Assembly: GCF_009914755.1 (NCBI RefSeq)
Contig: NC_060947.1
DNA from: the human T2T-CHM13v2.0 reference genome, Homo sapiens
Direction: 5' to 3' (one strand)
DNA length: 64,000 nucleotides
Shown: one piece after another, positions 1 through 13,742 of the stretch
How the letters are laid out: every line of letters starts with the position of its first letter
How positions within the stretch are numbered: position 1 is the stretch's first letter
Notes under the pieces: model-generated
What the model saw: the letters and a program-made list of their open reading frames with translations, nothing else
What the model was told of the DNA's origin: nothing
The model's database searches: none
Program-made: the position numbers and the translations under genes

Positions 1-102
1 GATAGGATAAGATGACAACTCCATCTGCAAAGTTCTGCAGGCAAAATGCCTCTCCAAAATGGTTGTGAGCCTTTTGTGTCTTGCTTGCTCAGGGTGTAAA
101 AT

Positions 103-308
103 GAGCGATTCTCAACCCAAATCAGTACCACTCTCCCAGTGAGCAGTTGGAAGTGTGTGGGAGCATTTTTGATTGTCAGAGTGACTGGGGTACAGGGGGG
201 TGGTGCACTACTTCCATTTGCTGAGATGGAGGAGGGAGAGAAAACTTCTAGTATGAAGGAGAGTTGTCCTATCCTAAATGCCAATAGGGTCCTTGTTGAG
301 AAATACTT
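103..308. mobile_element. Degenerate hAT-Charlie MITE (MER20/MER20B-like)
   Basis: Ends gagcgattctcaac...ttgagaaatact resemble Charlie terminal inverted repeats (TIRs); interior has MER20-like 'gggagcatttttgattgtca...gactgggg'. Confidence 0.45.
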
Positions 309-1529
309 TACCCCCCGTCAGGTGATCTGGAGACAGTTATGTGCAATTCATATTCAGAAGGTTTAACTACACAAACAAAATATGTCAAGCAAGTGAAAGC
401 AGATTTAAGGAGCGTATTCAGAAAGAAGTGTAGTTAAGCCTGTTTTTGGACATTTAGAGAGCATGATCACTTTGCCCAAAACCGAAAAGGAGCACTGGCC
501 TTAAGTGGAATACGGAGGTGGAGGAATTTGTTTTCCAGGCTCCCCAGCATTTCTTTCTTCATCCTCTTCCAAACAATCACTGATCCTGCTCCCCTTCTCC
601 CTTGCTTCTTGGGATGACGAAGCAGCTGACAAATCCATTAAGTCGTGAGAATTTTCTCTTACTCCTCCCAGCAGGATATCAGGAAGAGAAGACTCTCAAA
701 TGTTGAAATTTCAAATGTGGGCGAGGAAGGTAGGTGTCTTTTGGCTGTGGGATCTTTCTAGAACTTCTTAAATTATTCCTGGGCAAGTAATAACTCATTT
801 TCTTGTTGGGCTGGCTTTAGATGTGGAAACCAAAGTGTTAGCGTTTGCTGTAACCATGGCAAGGAGAGGGAAGAAGGATTGGATACCTTTGTAAATTTAT
901 CGGCAAATGAATGAGCTGAACAAGAATCCTTTGGAGTATATAGTTTGGAATGTGCTGTGTGTGACATTGCTTTGTAAACTTTAAAGTACTATGCAATTTT
1001 GATGTATTTTCATCATGCCAACACTTCCTTGAATTTCTCAAAACACTAAACTCAGAATCTTACACAAAATATCCGTTCAGTAAATGTGTCCCAAATGAAA
1101 CAAATATTAGGTATAAGGAGCGGCAGTGGAGGTTATGGAACAGGGTCTCATGTTGCCATATCTATCAAGGGCTAACATGCCTCTACTTGGATGGGGCTAT
1201 TCACTGATAAGGAAATCTTGCTACAGTATTCTTTTTGCTTCCATTAAACATTTCATGGGAGGGAATTCTCACTATTCCTTTGTGAACAAGATTGATGATA
1301 GATCTCCCTCAGGCTTCTGAATAACATGAAATTATTCTGTATCTGTTTAATGTACAAAGGGAGGACCAGGGGGGACTACCCATAGTGTCATCATTATCCA
1401 TGAGAATCCAATTATAGGAGCCCCTGGGATTGTTGAACTCAAGATTGCAGGATCCAAATGTTAGGGATATCCTGGTCACTTCCTTCCTCACTTGGGAGAG
1501 AATTAGAAATGACAAGATCTTAAACATCT

Positions 1530-1940
1530 TCCTACATTTATTGAGCAACCATTGTGCCAGCCACTATACTATGCACCAGGGACATGAAAGTGAGTATGAC
1601 ACAGTCACTGCCTTCATGGTGCTCACAGTCTGGGGAGGGTGCTGGCCAGGGAGTCTCAAACTTGGTTGGAGATTATAGTCTCCCTTAAAAATTCCCATAC
1701 CCAAGTCACACTCCCAGTTCAATAAAATCAGAATCTCTGGGGGTAGAACCCAGACTTCAATATTTTTTAGCGCTCCCCAGGTGGTTACAAAGTGCAGTCA
1801 AGGTTGAGAAACATCGAGAAAGGAACAAATCTGTATTGGGAAATTTTAGATTAAAACATGACAAGTGCTTGGTGGAGATAAAAACAAAGTGCAGCTGGAG
1901 GAGCACAGAGAAGAAACTATTGCACCCAAGAAAAGCTCTC
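1530..1940 (-). mobile_element. L2 LINE 3' fragment, split by MER5B
   Basis: atttattgagcaaccattgtgccag...tgccttcatggtgctcacagtct matches the reverse-complement L2 3' end; continues after 1850. Confidence 0.6.
1647..1816 (+). mobile_element. MER5B hAT-Charlie MITE
   Basis: aaatcagaatctctggggg...ctccccaggtg...gtgcagtcaaggttgagaaac matches the MER5B consensus. Confidence 0.7.
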
Positions 1941-2384
1941 CGTGTATGTCATCAAGAGAATTAGAAGAGCACTAGAAAGTGGTGAATTCTGGACGTAAGA
2001 GTAAGGGTGGCATCCGAATCATTTTCTGGTGGAACAAATTCCCCTTTGCATATTAATCATTATTCATGGTGGTGGGGGGCTGTGTGAAAGCAAGGGTTGA
2101 TAATTCATGCACTATACTTCCCACTCCTTTCTTCTTTCTGTCTCCCTGCCCTTTCTTTATTATAACCTGTGGCACATATGTGGTACACTGAATGCTAGGT
2201 AAAGGTTAGTGGTTGCTAATATATTAAAAGAAAAAGGGAAAATGAAAGCTTACTGTTTCTCTCTGCTTGTGAGAAAAGCACACGAATACACTATGTGGTG
2301 TAGTCATGTGGCTAAGCCTAGACCTCAAAATAATAATCAAAGGCCTTAACATATTAAATTGATAACTCTAAATATATTAACTGT

Positions 2385-2532
2385 GGTCTTCACAACACCC
2401 CTCTAAGAGAAGTATCTCTGGTTCATGGGTGATGAAACTGAGGCCCAGAGAGGTTGATTAACTTGCCAAAGCCCATGTCTATTTGGTGGCACACATGAGA
2501 TTAAAATCCATGTCAGTCTGACTTGAAAGGGC
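2385..2532 (-). mobile_element. MIR SINE
   Basis: MIR core 'gaaactgaggcccagagaggtt...aacttgccaaag'. Confidence 0.7.
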
Positions 2533-3331
2533 TGCTTCTCAATTTGCATGTGAGCTTGTTATGGCATGTGGGCATGTTGATGGATTTGTGGGATATATCT
2601 TAATATCACAGTGAAATAATAGAGCTGGTGGCTAATTTAGTGTTTTTACCAATACCACTATCACCACCTCCATCACTGAGCGTGTGGATCTGTTGGATGA
2701 ACTCTTGAATAAATCAAAATGGAAAGGGGAAATATCTAGGAGGGAAAAGTGATTTGAGGGTTCACTGGGGTGTAAGATTACAAAAATCATGAGAGTTATA
2801 GAGTATCTAATGGAGTTTTTAGTAAAAAGCATGGGACAGCATTTAATTGTGCATTTTAGAGGAACAAGCTTCTGAAATGTGAGACCAATTGGCTACAAAG
2901 TAGAGACTCAATGCCACAAGATCCTTAAAGTGATCTGAGTGTCTGAAAAATAAAAACAGAATGAAAAGCCAACTAGACTCTAAAAAACAAAAGACAGAAG
3001 CCTGGGGATTACCCCATTTCCCCCTGTCTCTTGAAGAAAACTAGAGAATGTAGTTTTGATAGTTTTGTTTTAAATTCTTGTAGGGGAGTAATATTTAGAT
3101 GGTAACCCCTGCATGATCCATCCACAGGAATTCATTTACTTCTCTTTCTTGCACCATTCAGGCAGCAGTGAAACCTTTCTCTACAGATTGCTCCCAAGGT
3201 AGGGTAGTTATAGCAGGAAAATAGAAAGAAATGACTTTTCACAGCTTTTGAGCTTCTAAATAAATTTTTAAGGTTTTGAGCTTTACTGGCATAGTTTTAA
3301 CACTATCAGAGCCAAAATTTCTGCTATAAAC

Positions 3332-3507
3332 CAGTAGTTCTCAATCCTCTCCTTGCATTAGAATCACCTGAGGATGTTGTAAAGCCTAACAGTGTCTGGA
3401 CTCCACCTGCAAAGACTCAGTTTTAATTGATTTTTGGTGGACATTCACATATATATATATATATACTTCCCAGAGGATGCATTGTGCAACTAGGGTGGAG
3501 AGCCAGT
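3332..3507 (-). mobile_element. MER5B with internal (TA)n
   Basis: cagtagttctcaa...cattagaatcacctg at the left end; tgtgcaactagggtggagagccagt at the right end. Confidence 0.65.
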
Positions 3508-3517
3508 ATCTTAAACA

Positions 3518-3700
3518 CTTGTTTCCAAACTTTGTTGCACATTAGAATTGCCTGGCAGCTTTTAAAATCCCCAGTGGCAAGGCTACACCTGTACCAAATC
3601 CCCAATGCCAAGGTTGTTCCCAGACCAATTAAGTTAGAATGTGTGGGAGGTGAGAGCTAGGTGCCTTAAACAATATATTTGGGAAATATTTCTGATGAGA
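3518..3700 (+). mobile_element. Second MER5B, adjacent to the first in opposite orientation
   Basis: tgcacattagaattgcctgg...cagaccaattaagttagaat; carries an old 31-bp internal duplication at 3565-3626. Confidence 0.6.
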
Positions 3701-3853
3701 GTTGTACTTTGACATTTCCAGAGGCTGGCAAGTGAGAGGAAGGTAGAAAGGAGAGAGAGAGAGAGTAGCTTAGACATTGGTGTGTCCTTAAGAAGGGGCT
3801 CAGTGACCCCCGCACGACTCCCTGTCCCGGTCAAGTTAAGATGTTGGCACAGG

Positions 3854-4059
3854 CAGTGATGTGCTGGCAAATGTTTAAAAGATGGTTCTTCAAGGGGAAA
3901 AAAAATCCCCTAATTTGCAGTTCGTCAATTTTTGGTGTAAATACTCCCACTATGGCCAGTTTCAAGTTACCAGTGTGACATCATTGATTGTGAAGTTGGA
4001 AAGAGATGCACACAATTTGCTCTAGGAAGCCCGTATGAGCTGGCTCCAGCATGCTACTG
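3854..4059. mobile_element. MER63A-like hAT MITE
   Basis: TIRs cagtgatgtgctgg ... ccagcatgctactg, about 205 bp; interior 'ggtgtaaatactcccac...tttcaagttacca'. Confidence 0.7.
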
Positions 4060-5049
4060 GGTATGAGCATGATAAACCCCTCAGATAGGTTTGGGGATCT
4101 GAGGGTAGAGAGAATCTTGTGCTTTATTTTTGGGCATGGACAGAAAAGGGATGAAAAAGTCTAAGTTCTCCCCACAATGTATCATCTAGAGTGGAAGTGG
4201 GGGCACATCTAGGAGAGTCTAGGTAGGAAGGGCATGAGACCAACTCTCAAGTCTCTTGTTGCTTTCCAGTGGTATCAGAGAAGATCCAGATTTTTCTGTA
4301 CCCCTGGGAGCATTATGGAAGTGGCTAGGCATAGGTTGGGAGAATTCAAGGGGCCTTGAGGTTAGAATGAGAAAGTCATGAAGAGTTGTGGACGATTGGC
4401 TACAGATGCAAATGTTGGAGGGTAACAACAAGGATAAAAGCCAATAGCAGCTGAGAATCAGATGCTGCCTCTTGATGGCATGATGCTACTAACCTCTATG
4501 ACCCTTAGAGAAGTGACAGAAAGGTCTGAGGAAACAGAAGAGATGGTGGCTGTTATTCATTGCACTAATTAGAGGTTATTACAGGGACTGCAGCCAGAAT
4601 CTCTCTCTCCCTCTCTCTTTTGTTATTCCTGGTAGAAGCCAAAATTTCGTCTTGTTAGAGCTATTGAAATAATGCAGTAGGATATTTTTCTTCTTTCTTG
4701 TTTCGGGAAGAAAGAACTGGCAATATTTTGCAAATTCACTTTGAAAAAGAACAGCATGTCCCAAGTTCACTGAGGCGACCTTCCTGAAGGTTAATATAAG
4801 TAGGACAAGATGGAACACCTTATAAAAGTGCACATGCAAACATACCGCTTAGGATAGGGGTGTCACAGGAGACTCTTTGTCCTCTCTTTGGGGTGTGCAT
4901 TGCTGAACCTCTCTTCTACAATTTGTGGATGCCTAATGGGTAGTGCCCATTGGGAGCCTAGTGATGTTTACACTAGTTCTGGCCTTATGCACAGTGATTC
5001 TCACATACTCTCGGTGGTAGGGCCAATATTATTAGGAGAGACTGAACAG

Positions 5050-5205
5050 CAGAATGAACACCAGAGTGGGGATCAGGAGATCTAAATTCTCATCCTGGTT
5101 CTATACCAGTTATGTGATCATGAGCAAATCCTTAACCTGTCTGAGCCACTTATTATATTATCAATGATCCCTTACTGTGATGTGCTTATTGAAAGAGCAC
5201 ATAAA
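5050..5205 (+). mobile_element. MIR SINE fragment
   Basis: 'tgtgatcatgagcaaatccttaacctgtctgagcc' is MIR-like. Confidence 0.55.
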
Positions 5206-5618
5206 CCTGCTACTTTATTTCCTATTTTCTAGGTTTTCTTTTGATCATTCATCTCATTCCAGGTACTTCCCCATTTCTGCACTCACCTTTGCTACAAAAT
5301 TCCTTGAGAGAGTAATGTCTATAATTGGTGTCTTCACTTCCTCACTTGACAGTTTCTCTTGGGCTAGCCTTGTTCTCCTCTGCTCCACTGAAACCATCTC
5401 GTGGAGGTCATCAATAACTTTGATGTTGCCAAATCCATTGGTTAATAGGCCTCATCTTGTCATCTCAGCACCTTTGACTCAGGTGTTGACTCCTCCTTTC
5501 TTGAAACATCTTTTTGTCTGGTTTGTGTAACACCACACTCTCCTGGTTTTCTTTCTACCTCACTGGTGGTTTCCTCTTCTGTTGCTGGTTCTTCCTCCTC
5601 TTCCAAACCTTTTAGTGG

Positions 5619-5964
5619 CACACTGCTATAAAGATACTACCTGAGACTGGGTAATTTATAAACAAAGAAGCTTTAATCACAGTTCCTCATGGCTAAGGAA
5701 GCCTCAGGAAACTTACAATCATGATGGAAGGTGAAGGAGAAGCAGACACCTTCTTCACAAGGTGGCAGAGAGAGAGAGAGCGAGCAGGGGAAACTGCCAC
5801 TTTGAAACCATCAGATCTTGTGAGGACTCCCTCACTATCATGAGAACAGCATGTAGAAAGCCGCCCCCATGATCCAATCACCTTCCACAAGGTCCCTCCC
5901 TTGACACGTGGGGATTGCAAGTTGAGATTAGATTTGGGTGGAAACACAGAGCCAAACCATATCA
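5619..5964 (-). mobile_element. THE1D solo LTR (ERVL-MaLR)
   Basis: Reverse strand begins tgatatggtttggctctgtg and ends aggtagtatctttatagcagtgtg; about 15 terminal nt are missing. Confidence 0.9.
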
Positions 5965-6213
5965 AGTGTCCTCAGAGCCCGGTCCTCAGACTTCATTTCT
6001 TTTCTAACTAATCTCCCACCCCAGGTGCTCTCAATCAGTCCCATGATTTTAAACACTATCTATGCTCATTATTGTCAAATGATATCTGCCTCCAGGCCTC
6101 TTTCCTGAACTCTGGATTCATATATCCAACCTCTTACCAATTACTTCTACTCAAACAGTCAAATTTGCACCTCAAATCTAACATCTCCAAAATGAACGCT
6201 CGATTTTCCCTCA

Positions 6214-6633
6214 GTTGCAGATGGTATTGTCGTTCCCAATTATTCACTGCTTTCCCTGTGAGAGAATTTGATACTCCTGCCCATTGCCATCTGACTTGCA
6301 GGCCGTCCCCATGGAATGAGTATATCTCCCTGTCTTGTTGTTGGCTGGTTTGCCTATGTGACTTTCTTTGCCTAAGGAAATGTGACATATACCATGTCTG
6401 AGTATCTCCTTTAAAACACATTGCATAGTTCTACAATTGCTCTTTTTCTTTTGCCACTAGACAGGAGTTGTTCCTTCAGCTGGGTTCTGGAATAAAAAAG
6501 ACATGGAGCGTAACTGATGTTGTTCTGCAGCCAACATATACATGAGCAAGAAAGAAAAGTTTGTTGTTGTAAGCCACTCAGACTTTGGGTCATTTGTTAT
6601 CACAGCATAACCTAATGAAAGCTTACTGACACA
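6214..6633 (+). mobile_element. MLT1 (I/J-like) solo LTR
   Basis: MaLR 3' end 'tgttgtaagccact...ttgttatcacagcataaccta...ctgacaca'; possible TSD cctca at 6209 and 6634. Confidence 0.7.
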
Positions 6634-6709
6634 CCTCACTTCAGCATCTATTGCTGAGTAAAAATCCGCCCCCCAAAACTTAGTGGTTTAACACAGCAAC
6701 AATTATTTA

Positions 6710-7115
<406 letters not shown>

Positions 7116-7643
7116 AAAGTTGGGTAGGGCTTTATGAAGACATCTCATCTTTGTTCTATATGGCATCAGCTAAGGTGGCTAATGCAGCTGGGGGTACTAC
7201 TTCCAAGATGGCTCATTCATACACTGGCCACTTGATGCTGGCTATTGGCTGTGAGCTCAGCTAGGACTCTCGGCTAGAGTTCTCAATCATTCTCCTTGCA
7301 GCCCTCTTCGCTGGGTGCTTCAGCTTCCTTGCAGCATGATAACTAGGTTCTCAAGTATGAGCATTCTAGAGATAAAGGCAGAAGCTTCACGGCTTCTTAT
7401 AACCTACTCTTGGAAGGCATACAGCCCTACTTCTGCCTCATTTCATGGGCCGAGTAAGTCAAAAGGCCAGCCTAGATTCAAAGGAAGGGCAAATAGACTC
7501 TACCTCTTCAATTGAAGAGGGCATGGCAAAGTCATATTACAAAAAAGCATGTAGTATATTGTTGTGGCCATCTTTGGAAACACAATCTGCCATAGGCCAC
7601 CTACACCCCATCTTGAATATCCTGCAGGCTTTTTCATCTAAGC

Positions 7644-7838
7644 CAGGTGTAGGCAAACTACCTGTTTTTGTAAATAAAGTTTTATTCGAACACGGCCATG
7701 CCCATCCATTTGCTTTTTATCTGTGGCTGTTTTTGTACTACAATAGCAGAGTTGAGTAGTTACAGTAGAGATTGTGTGGGCTGTAAAGTCAAAGATACTT
7801 ACCATCTGGCCTTTTACAGAAAAGTCGGCTGACGCCTG
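7644..7838 (+). mobile_element. MER58A hAT-Charlie MITE
   Basis: TIRs caggtgtaggcaaac / gtcggctgacgcctg; 8-bp TSD atctaagc / atctaagt. Confidence 0.85.
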
Positions 7839-8120
7839 ATCTAAGTTAATGGGACTATAATCCACTCAACTATTCAGGTCACAAACTGGAGTCACCCCTG
7901 ATTACTCTCTTTCTCTCATACTTCTAAATCCAATTTTTCGGGAATCCTCTCAGCTCTCTCTTAGAAAAATATTTGAATTCTGATGTCTTCTCACCATAAT
8001 CCACTGGTCCAAGCTACCATCATCTCTCTGCTTTTCATTATCTTCTCTTGCCTGGACCATTATCCCTGCTTTTACTTTTGCTTTGTTTACAGTCTTTTCT
8101 CAACACAGTAGGTGGGCTGA

Positions 8121-8479
<359 letters not shown>

Positions 8480-10352
8480 TGGTTTCACGTAGTATTTTAA
8501 ATGAAATTGAGAACTCATATCATGGCCTCCAAGTCCCTATGTAATCTCCCCTGCCCGCAGCCTGCCCATCCCCACTATGTGACTGACTTCATCTCCTTCC
8601 ACTCTTCCCTTCCTTCTCCCCGCCTCAGCCACACTGGCCTCCCTGCTGCTTAACTCTCCAAATATGTTCTTGCCTCAGAATCTTGGCACTTGCTGCTCCA
8701 TCTACCCAGAATATTCTTGTCCTGAGTATCCATGGGCTGACTCCTTCATTGCATTCAGGTATCTGCTTGAGTGGCATCTTGGAGAAGACTCCCTTGACTG
8801 CTCTATCTAAAATAGCACCCCTGTCCCCCTCTTTGCTTACCCTGCTTTTTCTTCAGAGCAATTATCTATTGGTTATTGTCTAATTCCCTTGTAAGAATGC
8901 AACTCTAGATACAGTATCCCAAGTACAGTGTTCAATAAATGTTTGTCTAGTGAATTTGTTGAGTGAATGGGCCTCAGTTTCCTCATGTGTAAAATGAAGG
9001 AGAGGGCCATCTGGCTGGAGCATCTGTTACTGAACTGGTTGCCAGGATTGTTTCCACTGATCTGACTGGCTAAGTGGGTGTTCCTTTTCTCCTTATATCC
9101 ATCCCTCCCTAAGCCTACGGGTGCAATGGAGTCTTCCTTTTCTTTGGGCAAGGTTATCTGAGTCCTGATGCTTGCTTGCTGGAACCTCAAAACAAGTTCT
9201 TTTCTCACGAGGGACCACCACAATAATGCCTTTTCTGCCTCTTTTGTAAGTATTGTGAAAATCAAATGGAATAATAGATTTGGAACTGTAAACCTCTATG
9301 TAAGTGAAAAGAAAGATAATGTAAAATGGATAAGGACTGATTCTAGCATCACCCACAATCCCCTCTTCTCCCTAGGGCCTGCCCACTCCCCTGACCTAGG
9401 GACCGATTTAACAATGGATGTGAGACACAGAAAAGAAGCTGACAACAAAATAGAGCAGCCTTGGGAACTTCAGGTCAATAAGATATGTATTAAATTCGTA
9501 AAGAAAAAATTAAAGAAGGAAACCCAAATGTTTCTAGCTTCAGGATGTGACTAATCTCTCTACCTTACCGGGCTCTAGAACTGAAACAAAAAAAACCTCC
9601 CTCCCAGAACAAAACAAAACAAAAACAAAACCACTTTCATCAGTTTAGGATTCTTACAAAAGAAGTTTACTTGTAATTTACACACTTAAATAGTAGTAAC
9701 TCAAAAGCCCAGAATTCTCACACGATATTTAGATTATTGGAACACCACATTCACATCTCAGTTGTTAATCACTCAAAGGTAACTTTGACTTGCTCCTTAG
9801 CTGTCTTTTTCCAGATGTACCTCATGGTAATGATGAAGGCTTGTCTCTGGGTTTTGCAGGTGAGCCAAAGAGGCAACTGAGTAAAAATATTGGTGCATTT
9901 TCAGCCGAGCTTTCTGGTTTTCAGCTGGTGCAGGCAGCTAATAATCATTTAACTCAGGCATTTTTCACCTAGGCAACAGTAATGTATGTTTTGGATCATA
10001 TTTTTTGGCTTTATTTCTGTCCTAATGAGAATAAAAGACTGAGTATTTTCAGTATCTAATGGAATGGAGCTGACTGAAAGCTATTTTGGGTTCACTTCTG
10101 ACGTGAGCTGTATTCAGAAACAATGAAGAGACACTAATAATTGGGAATGAAAATGCCACTTGTTTGATAGACAGGGTAACTGTGAAAAGATCAAGAGTTG
10201 TGGCCTTCCACAAGGTTTTGGGTCCTCAGTTTTTTGAGGTCTTGGTTTTTGTTGCTTTCTCTCTAGATACAAATCCATATGAGGAAGGATTGTGGGAAAC
10301 ACATCACTGAAAAATTCCGGTCACAATATGATTCTATCTTCATCTTGAACTT

Positions 10353-10615
10353 CATAGCATGGTGATGAAGCGCATGAGCTGTGGAATCAGACAGATGCAT
10401 GAAATTCAGCTCTGCCACTTTATGAATTTATATAAGGCACTGAATTTCCCTAAGCTTCAGTTTTCTAATCTGTAGAATGGGGGACATTTAGAATTATCTA
10501 ACTTATAGGATAATTTGCAGATTAAATTAGATCATTGCATGTAAAACACTTAGTCCAGTGCCTTGTACATAGTAATCACTTGATAAATGTGAACTAATAC
10601 CTATCGTAATATTAT
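10353..10615 (+). mobile_element. MIR SINE, near full length
   Basis: tRNA-like head, core 'cttcagttttctaatctgtagaatggg', tail 'tgtaaaacacttag...ataaatgt'. Confidence 0.8.
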
Positions 10616-10648
10616 TCATTTTAAATTTAGAATAAGAGGTTTGTCCAG

Positions 10649-11086
10649 TATATTAGTTTCCTGGGGCTGCTGTAACGAAGTGCCACAAACTTGGTGGCTT
10701 AAAGCAACAGAAATGTATTCCCACAGTTCTGGAGGCTAGAAGTCCCAAATCAAGATGTTAGCAGAGCTCTGAGGGCTCTAGGGGAGGATCCTTTCTTGCC
10801 TCTTCCTAGTTTCTGGCAGTTGCTGGCAATTCTTAAGTGTTCCTTGGCTTATAAAGGCATCATTTGAATCTCTGCCTCCATCATTCCATGGGGTTCTCTC
10901 TGTGTGTGTCTGTGTCTAAATTCCCCTCTTCCTCTAAGGACCCCAGTCACTGGATTAGGGCCCAACCTGCTCCACTACGACCTCATCTTAACTTGATTAC
11001 ATCTGTAATTACTCTATTTCCAAATAAGGTCACATTCTGAGGCTCTGGGTGAACATGAATTTTAGGACACTGTTTAAACCAGTACA
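10649..11086 (-). mobile_element. MLT1C-like solo LTR
   Basis: 'tattagtttcctggggctgctgtaac', 'cacagttctggaggctagaagtcc', 'tatttccaaataaggtcacattctgagg'. Confidence 0.85.
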
Positions 11087-11487
11087 CCCCGTATGGAAGG
11101 TGTTAAGTGCTGGAAAAGATTAAGAGTGGACTTGTCGAGCTCACTACGAGCTAAGCAGAACTGGGCAGGAAGGGAAGGGATGTGACAGAAATGAGTCACA
11201 GAGGGCACTGTCTCCCTCACCCCCAGAAGAATTGTGCATATTTAATGGGTGACTGCTTTATTCCACTGAGTGCAATACCACCTCTTATGACCAGACTCCC
11301 CTGCTCAACTCTGGAACTGAAAATTGGGAGCAGCTAGAGGTTGAGTCCTGTGGGCTCAGAGGCTAGGTCCCAATCCATTTTGGGGTGGAATAAAGTATAT
11401 CAGTGCACTGAGGGATGGGGGACAGAAGCAATTGACATTCCTGTCACATTCTTCAGTGGTTTCCCATATAGGAAGACACATGCTTAA

Positions 11488-11648
11488 CAGCACTTCTCAA
11501 ACTACAGTGTGCAGAAGAGTCACCTGGGTATCTTGTTTAAATGTAGATTCTGATTCAGTAGGTCTGGGGTGGGGGTTGAGACTTTGCATTTTTAACAAGC
11601 CCCTGATGATGCTGTTGTTGCTGGACCATGGACCACACTTAATTCTAG
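11488..11648 (-). mobile_element. MER5A/MER5A1 MITE
   Basis: 'gattctgattcagtaggtctggggtgggg...ctggaccatggaccacactt'. Confidence 0.75.
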
Positions 11649-11714
11649 GCTTGGCTTATGCTGCACACCACTCTAAAGAAGCTACTAAGTATGCACCTTT
11701 TAAAAATATCTTGG

Positions 11715-12820
11715 GCAAAATAACATTATCCCTCTTAAAATTATACTCACTTAGTATTATTTAATATCCAGTCAATAATCAAATTTCCCCAATTGTTTCC
11801 AAAATGAATGAATGAATCATTATTGAATCAAAATCCACTCTAGGACCACCCATTGCATGTCATTATTTCCCTTACATCTCTTTTATTCCAAAACAGTCTC
11901 TTATTCATGACTTTGACTTACTGGTGGACAAGCTGCCCACAAAAATATTTCACCTTCTGGATTTGCATGGTTGCTTCCTTGTGGTGTCACTTTGGTGTAT
12001 TTAGCTGTATTTCTTGTAAACCGGAAGTTGGCTCTAAAAGCTTGATGAGTACACGTTAAATATTTGTGGCCAGAATTCATCACAGAGGATGGGTACATTA
12101 TAATGCATCATGTCAGGTGACACGTGATATCTGCTTGTCTTACCATTAGTGATGCAAAGATTGAGCCCTGAATTAGGGTGATGACAGCTTGATCCTTCAG
12201 TCATACACTTAAGTTTTACTCTTTGAGACCAGAGAGTAATCTTCTTTATTTTTCTTTGGCACTATATGAATGCCTTGATCCTCATGAATCATTCCCCTAA
12301 TAGTTTTTTTTTATTTTGAAAAACAAAACATTCCCACCAGCAATATATAAACATTCTCTTTTCTTCAACCTTGCCAGCATCTGTTATTTTTGACTTTTTA
12401 GTAATAGCCATTCTGACTAGTGTGAGACAGTATCTCATTGTGGTTTTGATTTGCATTTCTCTAATGATCAGTGATGATGAGCATTTTTTCATATGCCTGT
12501 TGGCTGCGTGTAACATCTTCTTTTGAACAGTGTCTGTTCATGTCCTTTGCTTTTTAGGACATATCAATGCAGAACCAGAAAACATACACACATATGTATA
12601 TGTGTGTGTCTAATGACTTCATATCGATATATTCAATTTGCTTTAACATTACAATTTTAAATTAATTTCTTTGACTTTATAATTCTTTTACTCTGAAAAT
12701 CTTGATTCTTAACATAATTACTTGTTTTATTTATATTAAAAATAGTTTTTGAATAAGAATACCACTATTACATATAACAGTAACATTACTGAATAACTTA
12801 AAATTTCTTTATGACTCTCT
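11715..12820 (-). mobile_element. Old L1MC-type 3' UTR fragment
   Basis: 'tcaaatttccccaattg', 'tctggatttg...gcttccttgtggtg' and 'ccattagtgatgc' resemble L1MC4/5 3' ends. Confidence 0.55.
12331..12550 (-). mobile_element. L1 ORF2 C-terminal fragment (older primate L1)
   Basis: Translates to [21 protein letters not shown], an L1 ORF2p motif. Confidence 0.85.
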
Positions 12821-13371
12821 GGCCTGAGATGAAATTACCCTCTTTCACCAATTTCCTTAAAGCTAAGAACTGAGTCTTGATTAGATATTAGAAACTCTGT
12901 AAATGTTACTTGAATGAATAGTTTGAGTTCTGGTTCCTAAATATTTCATGTGACAGAACAAAAATGTGTTGGGAACATAGGATGAGTTATGAAGTGAATT
13001 CTTTAAAGTTCATTTGGGAAGTAATCAGTAGCTATCTGAAATTCATAAGCCTGTTTTCCTAAAATTTTCATTTCTTATTTCGAATATATTGAACCAATTT
13101 AAGAAGATGGCTTATACAGAGTCCTGAGTTTGGACTGAATTCTCTTTAATAGTACTAGATTGGAACTTTTTCCTTCCTCTTCTCTATTCTTATTGAAAGA
13201 CATGAAGAAAAGAGCAAGGAATCAAGGGAGGTTGTGAAAGACCTAGGCAAGTTTCATCCCCTCAAAGTATGAGGCATGGTGAATGATGTGCAGCCTGCAT
13301 ATTCTTCGGTTGTCCATTTCTAACTTCATGAATGAGTTAATTCTTGTCTTACTTCTACTATAAAATGATGC

Positions 13372-13742
13372 CAATATAGTTAGGATTTGTGTCCCCACCC
13401 AAACCTCATCTTGACTTGTAATCCCCAGGTGTTCAGGGAAAGACCAAGTGGAGGTACTTGAATCATGGAGCTGGTTTCCCCCATGCTGTTCTTGTGATAG
13501 TGAGTGAGTTCTCATGACATCTGTTGGTTTTATAAGGGGCTCTTCACTCTTCACTTGGTACTTCTCCTTCCTGCTGCCTTGTGAAGTTGGTGCCTTGCTT
13601 CCCCTTCACCTTCTGCCATGATTTTAAGTTTCGAGAGGCCTCCCCAGCCATGCAGAACTGTGAGCCAATTAAACCTCTTTCCTTTATAAATTACCCAGTC
13701 TCAGGTATGTCTTTATTAGTAGTGTGAGAATGGACTAATACA
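13372..13742 (+). mobile_element. THE1 (C/D) solo LTR
   Basis: 'gtgtccccacccaaa...gagccaattaaacctctttcctttataaattacccagtctcaggt...ggactaataca'; TSD gatgc / gaagc. Confidence 0.9.

Noticed and set aside
3135-3204. Possible small exon (cattcag|...aag|gtaggg), plus other isolated acceptors at about 25318, 38727 and 57022
   Set aside because: Such motifs are expected by chance in 64 kb and nothing else supports them.
3565-3626. 31-bp internal duplication in MER5B
   Set aside because: Old (about 22/31 identity) slippage within a dead MITE; no sign of function.
8873-9554. Overlapping 130-aa and 128-aa ORFs
   Set aside because: They cross L2/MIR fragments and show no recognisable domain; consistent with chance.
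11190-11200. Isolated AP-1 site TGAGTCA (and CRE-like TGACGT at about 10099)
   Set aside because: Single short motifs are not informative on their own.
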